Shown: piece by piece, positions 25,592 to 39,197 of the stretch | Numbering within the stretch: the stretch's first letter is position 1 | How the letters are laid out: every line of letters begins with the position of its first letter | Source: Botryllus schlosseri | Lineage: Eukaryota | Direction: 5' to 3' | Length of the DNA: 64,000 nt | Assembly (NCBI GenBank): GCA_051294905.1 | Contig: CM119372.1 | Location: 35,900,001 to 35,964,000, forward strand | Notes under the pieces: generated by a model | The model's database searches: none | Told to the model about the DNA's origin: nothing | What the model saw: only the letters and a program-made list of their open reading frames with translations | Made by a program: the position numbers and the translations under genes

Positions 25592-28565
25592 ATCAAGAAC
25601 AAAAATCCACGGCATTGTCATGAAGTGCAATGAAATAGGTATAGGCATGGTCATAATAACACCAAGTTATCTTTATTGTGATGTAGGACTGGCAATATAT
25701 TCTTCCACATCTTCCATGTTGTTATGATGTCATATTCAGTGACACTCGAATACTCGACTGGACTCGGAGTTTTCCCTGTCCTAATTATTTCTGAACACGT
25801 ATAATGAATATTAATCAGGTGTCATTGACAAATCCAGCCGAGAAGATGTTGAAACAGCACGAATGGTTAATGTATAGTTGTCATTTTGATCTGGATGAAC
25901 AAGGTTGTTCGCATACTTTGCTGCTTGTTGATTTCTTTTGACACGCCGGGCCAACCGTGTATTATTAACTCGACGTAACACATGACAGTCTGTATTGAAA
26001 TACACATAGACATGCAATTCATTCGACATACTTCGAGCAGGACCAAGTCACAAAATGGCATAATCACTTTTTTGAACGAATTCGAGATATAGTCCATTTA
26101 AAATTGTTAGTGAAAGTACGGGTTATATTTCCCTCACCATGGGAAAATTAAAACAGTTACCATAGTATAGCAATTGAACAAACGTTCAGAATTTACGTTT
26201 GTGGCTTTCAGTTTAGACACATATACTGGTGCGGAGCATGGACCCGAGCCGGATTAGATCTCCGGCAGGATTTATTTCAATTTTAGCCGTAGTCGGATCG
26301 GAGCCGGATCAGTACTTTTCCTGATACGGTCTGAGCCGGATCGGATCCGGACTAGAGAATTGAAAACCTTACGGAGACGTGCAATTGGAACTGCGGTCAT
26401 TAGCAGCCTAATAAATGCCAACATCCGACTGTACATGCGCATAGCGCCAATATTTTTATGAAGGTCACCCGACATGTTATTCAGTCGCATTATTTTTAAT
26501 TGTCAGTAAGTTATTGTGATTTGTGATTCTTTGGGATTATTTCACACGAGTGTATATTTGTGATGCAGTGTTGTGATGACTCGAGTCATGACTTGACTCG
26601 ATTCAGACTCGAGTCACCTTTTTCTTATGACTTGACTTGACTGGAGTCACTATATCTCACCACTATAACTCATTTCAGTATACCAGACGCGAGACACAAT
26701 GACAAATAGCGTTATGCTTACCAGCGCAGTTTAAAAAGTCAATTATGACATCTCTGACATCAAGCTGTGCTACAGTCGGTGTCAGATGAGGAGTTGCACT
26801 CTTCATATAGCGGTCTATCGTATAAAATGGATAATGTAAATGGTTTATTAATTTACAAAAGGTGATATTAATAACAATGCAAGTTATGAAATGAGATAAT
26901 TTTTATGCTTGCCAAACTGACGTCAAATCAGTGGTTCATAAATTTTGTTCCATATAACATGGTCAAGCACACATTCAACTCATACATATTCATACTCATA
27001 CACAATTCCACTACACTGACGCAACTGTCTTCGCCATCATTGATTGCGGGCGATTATAGGTGCGTTCAGTATAGTGGAATTGTGACTCGTGTGGTGATGA
27101 TCGCAGTTCTAAACTGGTATCGTGTAGGTAACGGCAGACGTCATGCACACTGACGACTAAGGCGATTCTTTTTTTGACATTCTTGATCTACAAAAACACT
27201 ATATTTTTCCCAAATTTGATCCCGCGTATGCAAATTAGGTGTTTTCGCACATAATGTTACAATTGTTTTACTTATCTTCATTTCTGGTTGGAACCGTCTG
27301 TCCTTACGAAGTGGTTTGAACTGAAAAAAACGTTTTTGACTTGAAAACTGACAAGTTTACATAAAAAAAAAACTTTATTTCTACGAAATCTGACCCTATG
27401 AACAATTTCAGTAGTTACATCACGTATTTGGTAGAGATAATTAAAAATTGTTGTAGTACAACGAAGGATACTATCCCACATTCTCGGGTGGAAAATGTAT
27501 GTCCTTAGTAAGTAGCTTGCCAAGAACGGAGAAAGAACGTTCAACAACAGCAGTTGTTGGCTGACAACACTCAAGTGCATACACAGCTGGTGACACACCG
27601 TGTTGCTTCATTCTGAAAATGTTGTCTACTCTACATCACAATTTTTCATCATGCGCTTCATGATATAAGAACCATGCAATGCCCAAGCAGTCTTTCTTCA
27701 GTTAAGATACAGCGGTATACGATGACCATAACATCATGTCAACCTATTAGTTTCATTCGACCGTTTATGGTTCACAATGAGCAGATAATGGACCGTTTAC
27801 AACGGCCGGCCTATAAAGTACGCTACAAGCTGTAAAATATCAAATGATAAGTTCGCCGACATAAAAAATCTACGATGCAAACGAAATGCAGGGGACAAAT
27901 CAATTTTGACTTTGTAAACAATTTTGACAATTTTTGACCGAACGCTTATATTCTGACAAAATTTTGACTTATTTTGACATGTCAAACAAATCGCCCAACT
28001 GATGACTGATTTGCAATAAACATTCATAATGTTTGGGTTTTGTTCTTTTAAGGCCATGTTGATTGTTGATGCGCAGTTCATTTGTTCGATCGGCATGGAA
28101 AGAGTAACAACCATGTAACGAACTCTTACTGAAACGTGCAATTGAAATGTGAGAACACAACTATACATATAGACAGTCAACATCATTTTAAATCCGAATA
28201 CGTTGTTCATCCGTCCCAACATTCAGCTGAATGGTATATTCATATTGAAATAAAACCGAATATTTTCGACTGACATTCGTCAAGTGAAATCGTCGTTAAA
28301 TATGAATATACAATTCGATTGTACATTCAAGTCCTATAAGTCCAAGAAGCTCGCCACACTATGGTCCATGATATAATGCGCCAATTTGGAGACTAATAGT
28401 AAGTTTTCGGAAGGTTGTGCTTTTCTTTGTAGTTATCTCAGAGATAACATTATTCGAACTCCCCTTATAACCATTTTGTGGCCACGAATGAACATCCTGC
28501 TGATTTTTAGATTTGCTTTAGATTCACTGCAGTAACAATACCTGAACACCAAGAAATATAATATA

Positions 28566-29206
28566 CAGACAGACAGACAGACAGACAGACAGATTCTTTA
28601 TTCGTACGATGATTGTTCACACAAATATGTAAAAAAGACAAACACAGCGATATGACCACATCAAGATGTGTAGTCTTCAAGTCAGCTGTAGTCAAGGCGT
28701 AACGTTAGAACATTTATATCATGCAACTGTCGGTCAGTAACACTTCAACAAAAGATTAAACAACAAAACGCAAAACAGTGGTAGTAGAAAAAAAAAAAAA
28801 AAAACTGTAACACTAGTTCAAAATAAATACCAGATTATACTCTCAGGTCTCAATATGTAGAAATGAGCTGAGACTTAAAATTCCGACAGAATGATGCAAA
28901 TGACAAACCTCTGTGCTCTATTGATAAGGAGTTCCAAATCCTTGGACCAACAAAAGTTAAGGATCTCTGGCACACACTAGCGGCTAAATTCTTTATAAAG
29001 ATATTTCCAGCGGTGGCAGATCTAGTTCCGTGAGAGTGGACACCGGCAGATGGTGTAAAGATGCGGCTAAGAGCAGAAGGGAATTCACCATGGTGATGTC
29101 GGTACATGGTCTTGGCAATTTCATAAGTGCAGAGGTCGCGCACTTTCAATATCCCTGGGGATTTATATCTTGGAGAAAGACGCTCGTATCGGCCCATTTT
29201 TCGCAT
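28566..29206 (-). mobile_element. 5'-truncated CR1/L2-group (Crack-like) LINE
   Basis: ORF2 C-terminus ILKVRDL...HSHGTR...SLTFVGPRIWNSL...FK; 3' UTR ends AATAAAG then (CTGT)n tail. Confidence 0.85.
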
Positions 29207-30226
29207 ACGTGCGAATAAATGATCTGCTCAAGTAAACCTTCTCCGATCTCACGTCACGATACTCAAATTATATTCGAAAAGTCTAATTTCGAGTCAAACA
29301 AATTCGAGAGCTGTTTACATGCGCAAAATTGCACGTGCGCAACATGGTTTTTGTGGTCGAAATCCACATCAAGAGTTTGTCCACGAGTTTTATTACACGT
29401 TTATAGTCTTCTCGTAAGTACTCGTTATGTCTTGCTACAGAGACTGAGACTTTAAAAATAATCTCGCGAAAGTGGTAAAAATATAGTTGTGATTATTACG
29501 ATTGACGGATAGCGCATAATAGACGCTTGCAAGACGGCGCGTCATCAGGTCCTGAGTTCTAGTCACTATATGGTCAGACCAAACACTAGTTTGTGGCTAT
29601 GCACACGTGGTCAAAGTCGTCATCGTTGATACTCAAGTAGAAATAATGTCATTAATTTCTACTGAAAACTAAAGGTAATAAAGGCCTGGGGCAGGGGCGG
29701 CCAACCGGGGGTCCGCGAGAAGGTTTTGAGTGGTAATCCTCGACTTGAGAATTATCAAAAAAGTTAGTTACCCGGGTGTTTTAATCTGAACTTGCAAGGA
29801 GAACCAAAGATTGATTAGCCTGACCGCTAAATTTAGGATGTTGATGACTAAAAGATCAGTTCCAACAAATTTATGTAGTCAGGGGCCAGCCATATTTTTC
29901 CGTAGATCTTTGTGGATGACTATAGAGTAGAATATTTGGTGACTCGATATTTTTCTTGGCACTTCGCGCGATTTGTTGTCACTCGAATTCTTGCTTTCAG
30001 TTTTGATGCCCCCTCCAAACTATTAACAATTAAAAATACCCTCAATTTACAGAATTGAGTCGAACTATATCTCAAATTATGAGAGAACGCATCGTCGTGT
30101 CTGCACCCACCTAAAGATCATCGGCGGTGAAACCTTTGCACAAAACGATAGACTCCTATTCACTGAAATCTTCGATGTTGGTATGTCCAATCGCCGAATA
30201 ATCCTGATGAGTCAGGCAGTATACAG

Positions 30227-32021
30227 CAGTGGTTCTCAACCTTTTTGACCTCGCGGCACACTTTGAAAATGAAAAATAGTTCGCGGCACACTAGCACAGT
30301 GGTTATGAACTCTATTGGCTTAAGGCAAAGGCAAGTATCAATTGACATGGGGATTGTTTTCAATTCTCCCCAAACATTTTTTTACAATTTTATTGCAGGC
30401 AGGAATAAGAACTTTCTTTGATTCCGTGTGAGGTTTTGAATTATCAGCTTTACCTCTGTTACCACGTAACTGGCCTGCTGGGATATCGTTTAAACTTCAG
30501 GCTGAGGTTAATTTCATAAGATTGGCTTGACAATAAAGTCTGCCCACTGCCTCAATGTCGATGTATTCAACCGTCGCATCGAAGAGTCCAATCACGATCG
30601 CCTCTAACAAATACAGAGGCGTAGAGGTGTATGTATTGTATATACATTATACAATATAATGGATTCCATGCAGATCGTGTAAGGTCCTGTGATGATAGCA
30701 ATACCTCAATAGTCCTACTAGCAACCAGCCGCTGTTAATTGTAGTTCTAACAAACCGGGATAATAAACCGCAGCGTCGGTGAAATTTGTTTACTGATATA
30801 ATTTGATCAACTTCACTTCTCAATTCTCAAACTTGTCCCCTGCAACATTACGTTGCGCCCTGAGCCTACATTCTACCTGCAGTGCTGGCACGCTACCTAA
30901 CAATCGCAATGTGAATGGCTATGCTGACAATTCTAATTTGTAAACGTGAACATCACTTACAATGAGTTCATTTCTCGATGGTGGGAATGCCTTCCTAGGT
31001 GTTAAGAGGTTTATATAGGCTTCTACTCGTCCTCCGATCCGCAAAAGTAGTGTCTTACAAACAGTGGGCCGTGCTTCTAGTTGGCATCTCAGGAATCGAA
31101 ATAAGTAATATCGGCATGGTGAAAAATGATCATCGACGACGAAGACATGGGAAGAAATACGACTACAAACAGAAACAGAAAAGTTCATCAACCTGCGTCA
31201 TGTCCCTGTTCTGCCTCCGGTTCTGATGGGGTGACAAGTAAAAGGTGAACACCTTCGGCCACACCTCAACATCACGGTCCAATTTCTCGAGTTTAGTTAT
31301 CTACCACCGTCCTAAATGCTAGAATATGTGGGCAAACTAGCGTATCACAGCCATTGACGGTGGAGACCCCAGTTTTATTCATGACAGTTACGGCAAGTTA
31401 CGAAGCGTCGCAGATTTATGAGATTCTCCAACGTTGCTATGCTCGGAGCGTCTTTACAATAAAAAGCCAGAGAAAGACCAAATCTAATGGGGATGCCTGA
31501 TTCAGATACCGTAACTGTGGTCGTCTCGAGATCCTTGTATCTGTTCACTGCGTCAGATTATAGCCTAGATCGCGCGTTTGTGTGTTTGGGGTATTCATGG
31601 TGTTTGTCGACTACAACGGTCATTCACACCAGGCCGATTTTGTGCATTTATGATTCCGTATCTGCCGACGCACGGCCCACTTCTAGGCTTTTTGTAAGAC
31701 ACCTCTTACGCGGATGAGATGGCGAAGAGCCTAGCTAAATATACCTACAACACTTAGGTAGGAATTCTATAGTCGACATCGGTCGGACTCGAACCCGCAA
31801 CCCATTGGTGTTGCAGCCGTGGAATATACCACTGCTCTATCTAGTCACCTCCCACGTAGCGTGTCTTGATATGGTATATTCAATAGAAAAACCGACAATG
31901 ACACACTCAAAATTTGGATTTTTGTTATACTCCGACCTATTTTACCACATTTGCTCGCGGCACACCTGATCAGTCCAGTTGGCACACTAGTGTGCCGCGG
32001 CACACCGGTTGAGAACCACTG
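30227..32021. mobile_element. hAT-Charlie non-autonomous element with nested SINE
   Basis: TIR CAGTGGTTCTCAACC, perfect TSD GTATACAG, GCGGCACAC subterminal repeats. Confidence 0.9.
31575..31850 (-). mobile_element. tRNA(Cys-like)-derived SINE
   Basis: Minus strand: TAGAGCAGTGG A box, GGCTGCAACACC anticodon-like arm, GGTTCGAGTCC B box, then family body. Confidence 0.8.
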
Positions 32022-33561
32022 GTATACAGAGACGACGCGCAATATATGCCAGTATCATTATCTTTATCCGAATTCATTCATTACCTATGAATAAATTTCG
32101 CGTTTCGCCCGGCTAAGACATCACCGCGCACCAAATTTTCATTACATCATTGTCATCGATTTTGATGCGTGGTAATATAAGTCTTATTTTCACCGTTACC
32201 TAATCCGCTTCGCTCCTATCGGACGACAAAAAAGGCCATCAACATTCCAGTGGCGCGCACAATGGTTCATAAATCGTTTGTGGCCCGTGGGCCGAAAAAG
32301 TTGGCCTCTTAGTCTAGGGATAAATACGTTTATTATAATCGATCGATGATGATTACTCTCGATATATCAGGAGGCATCTTTACGATTAACGCCAGATCAT
32401 TACTAACGATGTACAATGTATACAAATTGGTTCAATTTTCGATAATATATTCAGTTCGCATGCTACAGGGACTATATTTCAACCCGTCGTCACGGTGATT
32501 GTGATTAAAAGTATCCCCAAACTATGCTTTCTACTTCACAAAATCCAAAGTCTGAAAAGCAGGGGGACCAAGACCATGACCAGCCAAGCATCGTGAACGT
32601 CCTTGAGTTTGCGTCAGGATTCGAGGACGGCGGGAAAAAACTCCTGCCTCTATGCAGACTTGGACAACTAGAAGATTTCAGCTGTCTGATTAGACTAGTT
32701 ATAAATGCCGGTAATCTCATTCTGATCTAATTTGTAGGGAAATGTTTTTATGCTATTTTAATTTCAATGTGACTTTTGGTTTTCATGCAAATGCTGTATA
32801 AGCAGTAACAACTTGCGAAACAAGCAGACACTTGCCATACTTATGTGTTTGAGAAAGAATCTGATTTATTATGAACTGATCTTGATATTAGTTTTATTTC
32901 CTTGTAATTCGGAATTGATTTCGATTTCCTTGTTTTCGTGAATACAGTATTTCTAATTCGACTATAATTTAAAAAAATGTGTAGTTATAATTCTAATTCG
33001 AATCTAATCTGGAAAATCTGAACATTTCCTAGTTGTTGAGCTCTGCCTCTTTGGTGGATCGAACACAAATGACGCCAGACACGCCGCACTGACAAATTAC
33101 AAGGAAAAATTTATGAACGCCCGTTCGCCTTGTCGCAAGTCCGAAATATGCATCGCTTCCAAATGAATGGAAATTCGTGACATGGTGTTTCAGAGAGATC
33201 TTTACAAAGTCTCCGTTTCAATTCACAATCCTTCTGTGCAAGATGCGCGTGGAGATGATTTTAATCATTCTGCACAGATTTTGCTGCATTTCGCTTCAGG
33301 ACATTTTAATTCTCACGCATGACGGAATTATATCGTCTGTAGACGATGGTAATTTTATACGTCATACACCTCTATTTTTCATCACGCAATTATCTGACAT
33401 CGGTGATTATACATGATAACGGATTAGCAGAAACTGAAAGCGGGACCCTGCATTTACATTAGAGTAGAATGTGCGAGTTGGTCGGCACGAGAAACTAAAA
33501 CTATGCTATGGTAGAAAATAAATTCGCTACACTAAAATCGATATATATATATATATATATA

Positions 33562-36400
33562 TTTACCTATTAGGCTACTTTGGGAGACAATCGTACTTAT
33601 TTTCGTAGCAGTTGGGGGACGAAAAAAATTGTGAGACAATTTTGTGTCCCCCTAATTCTTGGCGACATTTTTCCCTCAGTTGTTATCGTCTGTTAAGCAA
33701 ATCCGTTTGGGACCACGCTCATTAGTCCCTCATGTGTCCCTTACAAAAGAAATCAAGCCATGAAGTAGCAGGAATTTTGAGTTACAATGGCGACATGTTG
33801 ACCCCTGTATAAACCCCGTATTTTGAAAAGTGGCATTAAGTCGACAACCAATAGGGGGATTTTCTTCCACTTCTCGCGTGTATAAAATGACACTGCTTTC
33901 CATACATGATAGTTTTTGTTTAGGATTCACTCAGTTTAGACCATTCCGGTATATATAGGGATTTTAAGCATTTATGCACTGTGTTAAAAAATGACGACAC
34001 AAAAATGCTGACCACCATTGTGATGAATCGACATAAGTTCTAGTTGCGATTTTGGTAGACGCCGCGGGTAGTACGATTTTAATGTCGACTCCTAATATTT
34101 GGGCCCTTATTAGCTCTTAGCAAAGGCGAAAAGGCACTACATCATTGTCACATGTTGTTGTTTAACACTCGTGATACACAGTGTGAAAAAGAATTACTGC
34201 TTTACCTTAATACAACTCCATCTATATGTATTGGTTATAGCATGATAAATATTCTGTAGTATTTCTCGCACCCAATATATTGAGCTGATAGGTCGTTGAT
34301 TTGCTTGTGTCAAGGCCGCTTGAAGATGCTCTGTCAGTTGCGAGCATAAGGAATATACCTTATGTCAGTTATTCTCAACCTTTTATGTCCTTGCGGACCC
34401 CCTTTGGACAGTCGCGAGCCTTCGCAGACACCCGACTTTTATTTCTAATTTAGCTCCAAATATTGTTTCCGCTCAAGCCAGACAATGTACAGTGCGGTAT
34501 GAAAGATGCATTGCGACATATTGAACAGAGAGGAGAATGATGAAACTACGAAGCACGGTATTTATTAAGGGTGCCAAAAATTATTTCGTGAATGAACAAT
34601 ATTTATACGCTATTTATTTGAAAAATTTTGCAGCTTTTTAATTTTGCTCGCACTGTACGCGATTTCATGTAGATAAATGTTTTGATTATTAGGTACCCTT
34701 CCTCCACAAAAAATACGCATCATTTATGAAAGTAGGCATCTAAGCGTTGGCCATTACCACGCCAAGATGTAAGAAGACATATGAAGTTTGGGCCAACATG
34801 GGTCTCATAGAAGTGTGCCAAAAAGATCGTCAGCGAGAAAACATTAGTCGAAAAGGATTGCCCTTATGTTGACCGTAAACTTCGATATAAAAATGTATTT
34901 GTACGGGTGCCTAAAGTGCTGGCACCGAATATTAATGCCGTGGCAATCTGGACCCCACAGGGCAACTGACATCCCATCCCGAATTATTATTTAACAGTGA
35001 AGAAATACCAATTTTGAATCGTGCGCTTCTTTTAGTTTAGTAGCCTGCGTATAGGCGAGTTCAATATCTTTTGATTACATACCGCACAGGAAGTCGCACT
35101 GAGAGGATACAACATTTATAGTAATATACACGCAATTATCAATATTATTGACCTAATCAATCATTAATTATACAAAAATTTTACCAGGTCCACGTGGTCG
35201 CATCTGAATGGAGACTGCATAGGTCAAAAGTGCTACATTCGGTCAATGTGGCGATCACCAAATAGATATAGGATTCTCAACTGTATCAATGTGAGGCGAG
35301 ATGCTATGTAACAGTCCCTGGATTTATGGCTTTTACCTATACAAGAGTAATATATTGCTCAGAACGCAGTCGTCAAAGCAGATGACTATAAAATGTGACC
35401 TAATATGGCCGCGGGTGTAATCATCCCCTCTCCACATCCACAACAATTTCGTTGCTAGAGAGAGGAGAACAGCACCAACTAGCATAATAAATAACAATAT
35501 ATCTCGTCGTAATTTTCGAATTATAGGCAAGGTCCAACGGACCATGTGACCTCAAACAGCTTTCCATACCTTTGTAAGTTTGTTGCAATTCCATAAATTA
35601 TTGTAATCACCCTATCATCGTCACCAGAAACACATATCTGAGTTGAAAACGCGTGATATCAATCAAGCGTACGTTTAACATTAAATTCAACTAAGTAGCT
35701 CATGTCATCCGCTCATACCATGCAGCAGTGTTGATCGTAAAGTCGAGCTGGTTTATTCGTCATCACATACACGGATAAAATGACTCTGCAAAAGCTAACA
35801 TAAACAAATAATGATGATCAGGCTGAAATGTGGCAACATAGGATTGGAAAGCAGCCAAGTGCAAGTAGTAAATTAGTTGACTTGTTTTGTCATTTCATAA
35901 CGTCACAATGCTGCGGCAGGAGAGCGTCAAATCAAACACTTATCAAACATATTATGGTATCAGCTATAAATACCCAGAGGATCGAATTCGCACAATGCGT
36001 CGGTTACAACGCTCAGTATAGGCTTACAGCCCACAATCCTACATTATATACGTTGCACTAACTAATAATTCCACGAGTACAGATATTTTAGTTTCCTTAT
36101 AATAAAAAACGGTAAGAAGCAGTCAGATTCGGGTATCAATTACGACCCCCGTCAGTTCAAGCCAAGTCAAGGGCAACATTACATATATTGACTGACTGAT
36201 GTTGAAGAGATCAGAGCGTATAACGTCATCATCGTTGCTCATTATGGCAGACTAGGGAGTGATATTCACATTTGCGTGTGGTTATAATGAAGCCTCCGCA
36301 GTCCGCATGCACTTATCGGTCACGCATTGAACAGCTCGACGGCAAATTCATTGGAGTGAGTTGTCAGCTATCTTGACGTCTCGAGATTTTGGATGCAGCC
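33562..36400 (+). mobile_element. One end of a large (TA)n-inserted element, same family as 54585-64000; far end not found
   Basis: Terminus TTTACCTATTAGGCTACTTTGG after (TA)n; 35970-36390 matches the reverse complement of 63640-64000. Confidence 0.6.
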
Positions 36401-38807
36401 GTTGTGAAGCGTAAACGGCGTAAAATCAATCTCATGTTTGTTTGTTTTGTTAAGCTAGTTCACCCCTCAAATATTCTAAACGTACACATTTATAACCTTT
36501 CACAAAAAGAGCATTCGAAATCAGTATTGATGCATGGCGTCGTAGGTTCGTGCTCACATCGAAAGATCGCGTGTACAGGAACCAGAACCTTTCAGGGGTT
36601 TGTCCTTTGTACCATCCCCATTACAAATGGATTTGTTCGGTATGAGAGGCAGAATGGTCAGCGTTATTTAAAATTCTTTGGAATATATATAATTTGATTA
36701 GGTACATCAATTTATTCTGCCGTCAGCTGACATAATATTTTACTCGAATATTTACTTCACTCCGCAACAAAACAATTGTAAGACAAGACAGTTCAATAGT
36801 TTCGTAACTTGCAAATTTATTCCTTACGTCGTAAAACCGGTATCGCCCCCTGTTATGTTGGCAGCTTGCTCTCAGCACTTGACTTGAGCACTGAGCAATG
36901 ATCAATTATAAACCAATGGACTCAGTTTCGCGCTTTTGAGAGCATTGAATTTGCGCATATCAGCGTATTTAAACATTTGAAGTTCCGTCACTAATTTTCA
37001 TTCGTACTCACCGATTCGATGGAATGGGATTTATAGCCCCGAACTTTACACCCGCTACCTCCATAGTCACGACGAGCACCTTCCCAAGATGCCAGACCCC
37101 CAAATGAGGATGACTGTTATAGGCAGTCAGAAGTACCTATTACAGTTCAATAGTGATCCCTGACAGAAAATACAAACTTTGTAGTCAATAACGTCAGGCA
37201 CGACGACGACAAGAATAAAATGGAATATATTTGATTATTTGAACTCGCTCCGAAGTCTGGAGACTTCGACTGTTTCATATGCTGTGCATTATCTTCAGCG
37301 CAAGAGCACACTTCATCGAGTTCGGACACCTGATCCTAATTAGTACTGTATCCTTCGTAAATTATTTTTCATTTTAGTGTCTCCACAAGTTGAAGATGCC
37401 TGGAAGCTCCTCGACCGAGAATTCTATGTCAGGTCAGTAGATGTTGCAAAGGCGGGATTTACTAAAAATTAGAACTCGTACTCATTGTTTCATTTAATAG
37501 CCAATTAATTTATCAACTCATACATATGGTTCGTGATTACAAGCACGTGTCGCCCGTCATTGGTTGAGCGCAATTAGAACCGATCAATATTCGAATAGTT
37601 TATGTTGTAGTCATAGCCTACGGTATTTGCAGTGGCGTATACGCAGGTTATATTGGGGTTCGAAATCAAAACCCCGTCCTTACGAAATATCGATTCTAAT
37701 TCTAATATTTATTAGCTCGTTTGCATTTACGAAAATGGTGTCACGCTGTTGCTTTACGGCCGAACCACATTTAAATCTTTCTTCTCGCAAATGTGACCAA
37801 GTGAAACTTCATGTCACTGATTGATTTACTGTGACGATAATCGTTCAATCATTCCGAACGAAGTCACCTCAAATTTGTATCTTACAAAGTACAGAAAGTG
37901 TTACTACAGCAAGTATAATTAAATATGTCATTCTATTGCATATCGTAATATCCTGAGGAGTGCCTATATCGATATTCATTTCCTTCCTGAATCGATCATG
38001 AACTAAAATAGAAATCAAATCATGCAGTTACTTGTCCAGACGCGATCGGCGTTTTTTTACTATTTGTTACATCTGTTAAACCAATTTTCAAAGGCATTCG
38101 AAAATACCAGGAACGCTATAACTGTAATCAAGATATATACAATTTATATGACTATGATCCCAGTAACTTATATTTTGTACAGAAAACCGACTTACCCTTA
38201 TTATACGTAGCCTACCGTCTATCGCCAGTTTGCAGACGTGAATAATAATAATATGTGTCTTTATTCAGAGTTATTTGTCTTTCAGAGAACAGATCAGAAG
38301 GTAGAAGATCAATAAACTCCAATCTCTAAAAGATTAAAATTACCCCATCATTATCCAACAAAATGATGCGAGTAGATTGAGCTGACAATTTTCGCGCTCG
38401 ATGTATGCAGTTGAGAATTCGCCAAGTCGTGATCGGGATGTTATTTATATTCGTCATTTTACAATTTTGTTACGAAAAGAATTTGGACAAAGTCTGACAG
38501 AACGTCGAAAACAATAGTCACTGCTCCATATTTTCAACGGGCATAAATTTCTGGTTTTGAATGAAAATGTTCTTTTACTTAACTTTGATACTGTAATGTA
38601 AGAATTTTTAGGTTAGTGCTGATTCTCTCGCAAGTTACAATGGAAAGACAGATCTATTGAATGAGTATGATGTTTTTTTTATATGGTGAGTAATTGTCGC
38701 ATTCCTTGTTTTGTAGTAGCCACCGGGGTTGTGTTTCAAAATCGAGATTGGTTGAAGTCGATAAAATGTAGGAGCAAAAATAAAATCATAAATTTAAAAT
38801 CGCTGGT

Positions 38808-39190
38808 TCGTGGTACAGAAATTGAATATAGCCTTTAATACAACATCCATTGTAGTAAAATATTTATTAAACTCGAAGACTTTTCGCCAATACATATTAG
38901 CTGCCATAACAGATTGTTATGAAGATTACCAAGCATATGCTTCGTCGATTGTTCAGCATTTGAGTGAAAACCTCGCCTGTGCGCAACATTATAATGACAA
39001 CATGTTTACTGTCATTGCGCGAGGCAGATCTTTGTTTCATTTAAAAGTGGTGGCGCCCACCATTATTCAATTGACCAAGCCTATTTTATGTACAGTACAG
39101 AAAAAGAATTTCTCCATAACTTACAAATTTCTCGTTACTTTGTTCTGTATCGTGTTTGTACTGTAATTGTTTATTTACGAACTGCTATGT
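38808..39190 (+). mobile_element. Penelope 3' fragment with inverted terminal segment
   Basis: SSIVQHLSENLACAQHYNDNMFTVIARGRSLFHLKV, same family as 5500-9037; preceded by an inverted copy of the element 3' end. Confidence 0.8.
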
Positions 39191-39197
39191 TCCTACT

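Noticed and set aside
25811..26060. Possible terminal exon on the minus strand (…RRVKRNQQ…)
   Set aside because: Acceptor present but no linkable upstream exon or homology
31775..31850. Functional tRNA-Cys gene
   Set aside because: Poor acceptor stem and fused to a repeated body and tail: SINE head
32505..32730. GC-richer exon-like segment
   Set aside because: Several frames partly open on both strands; none assignable
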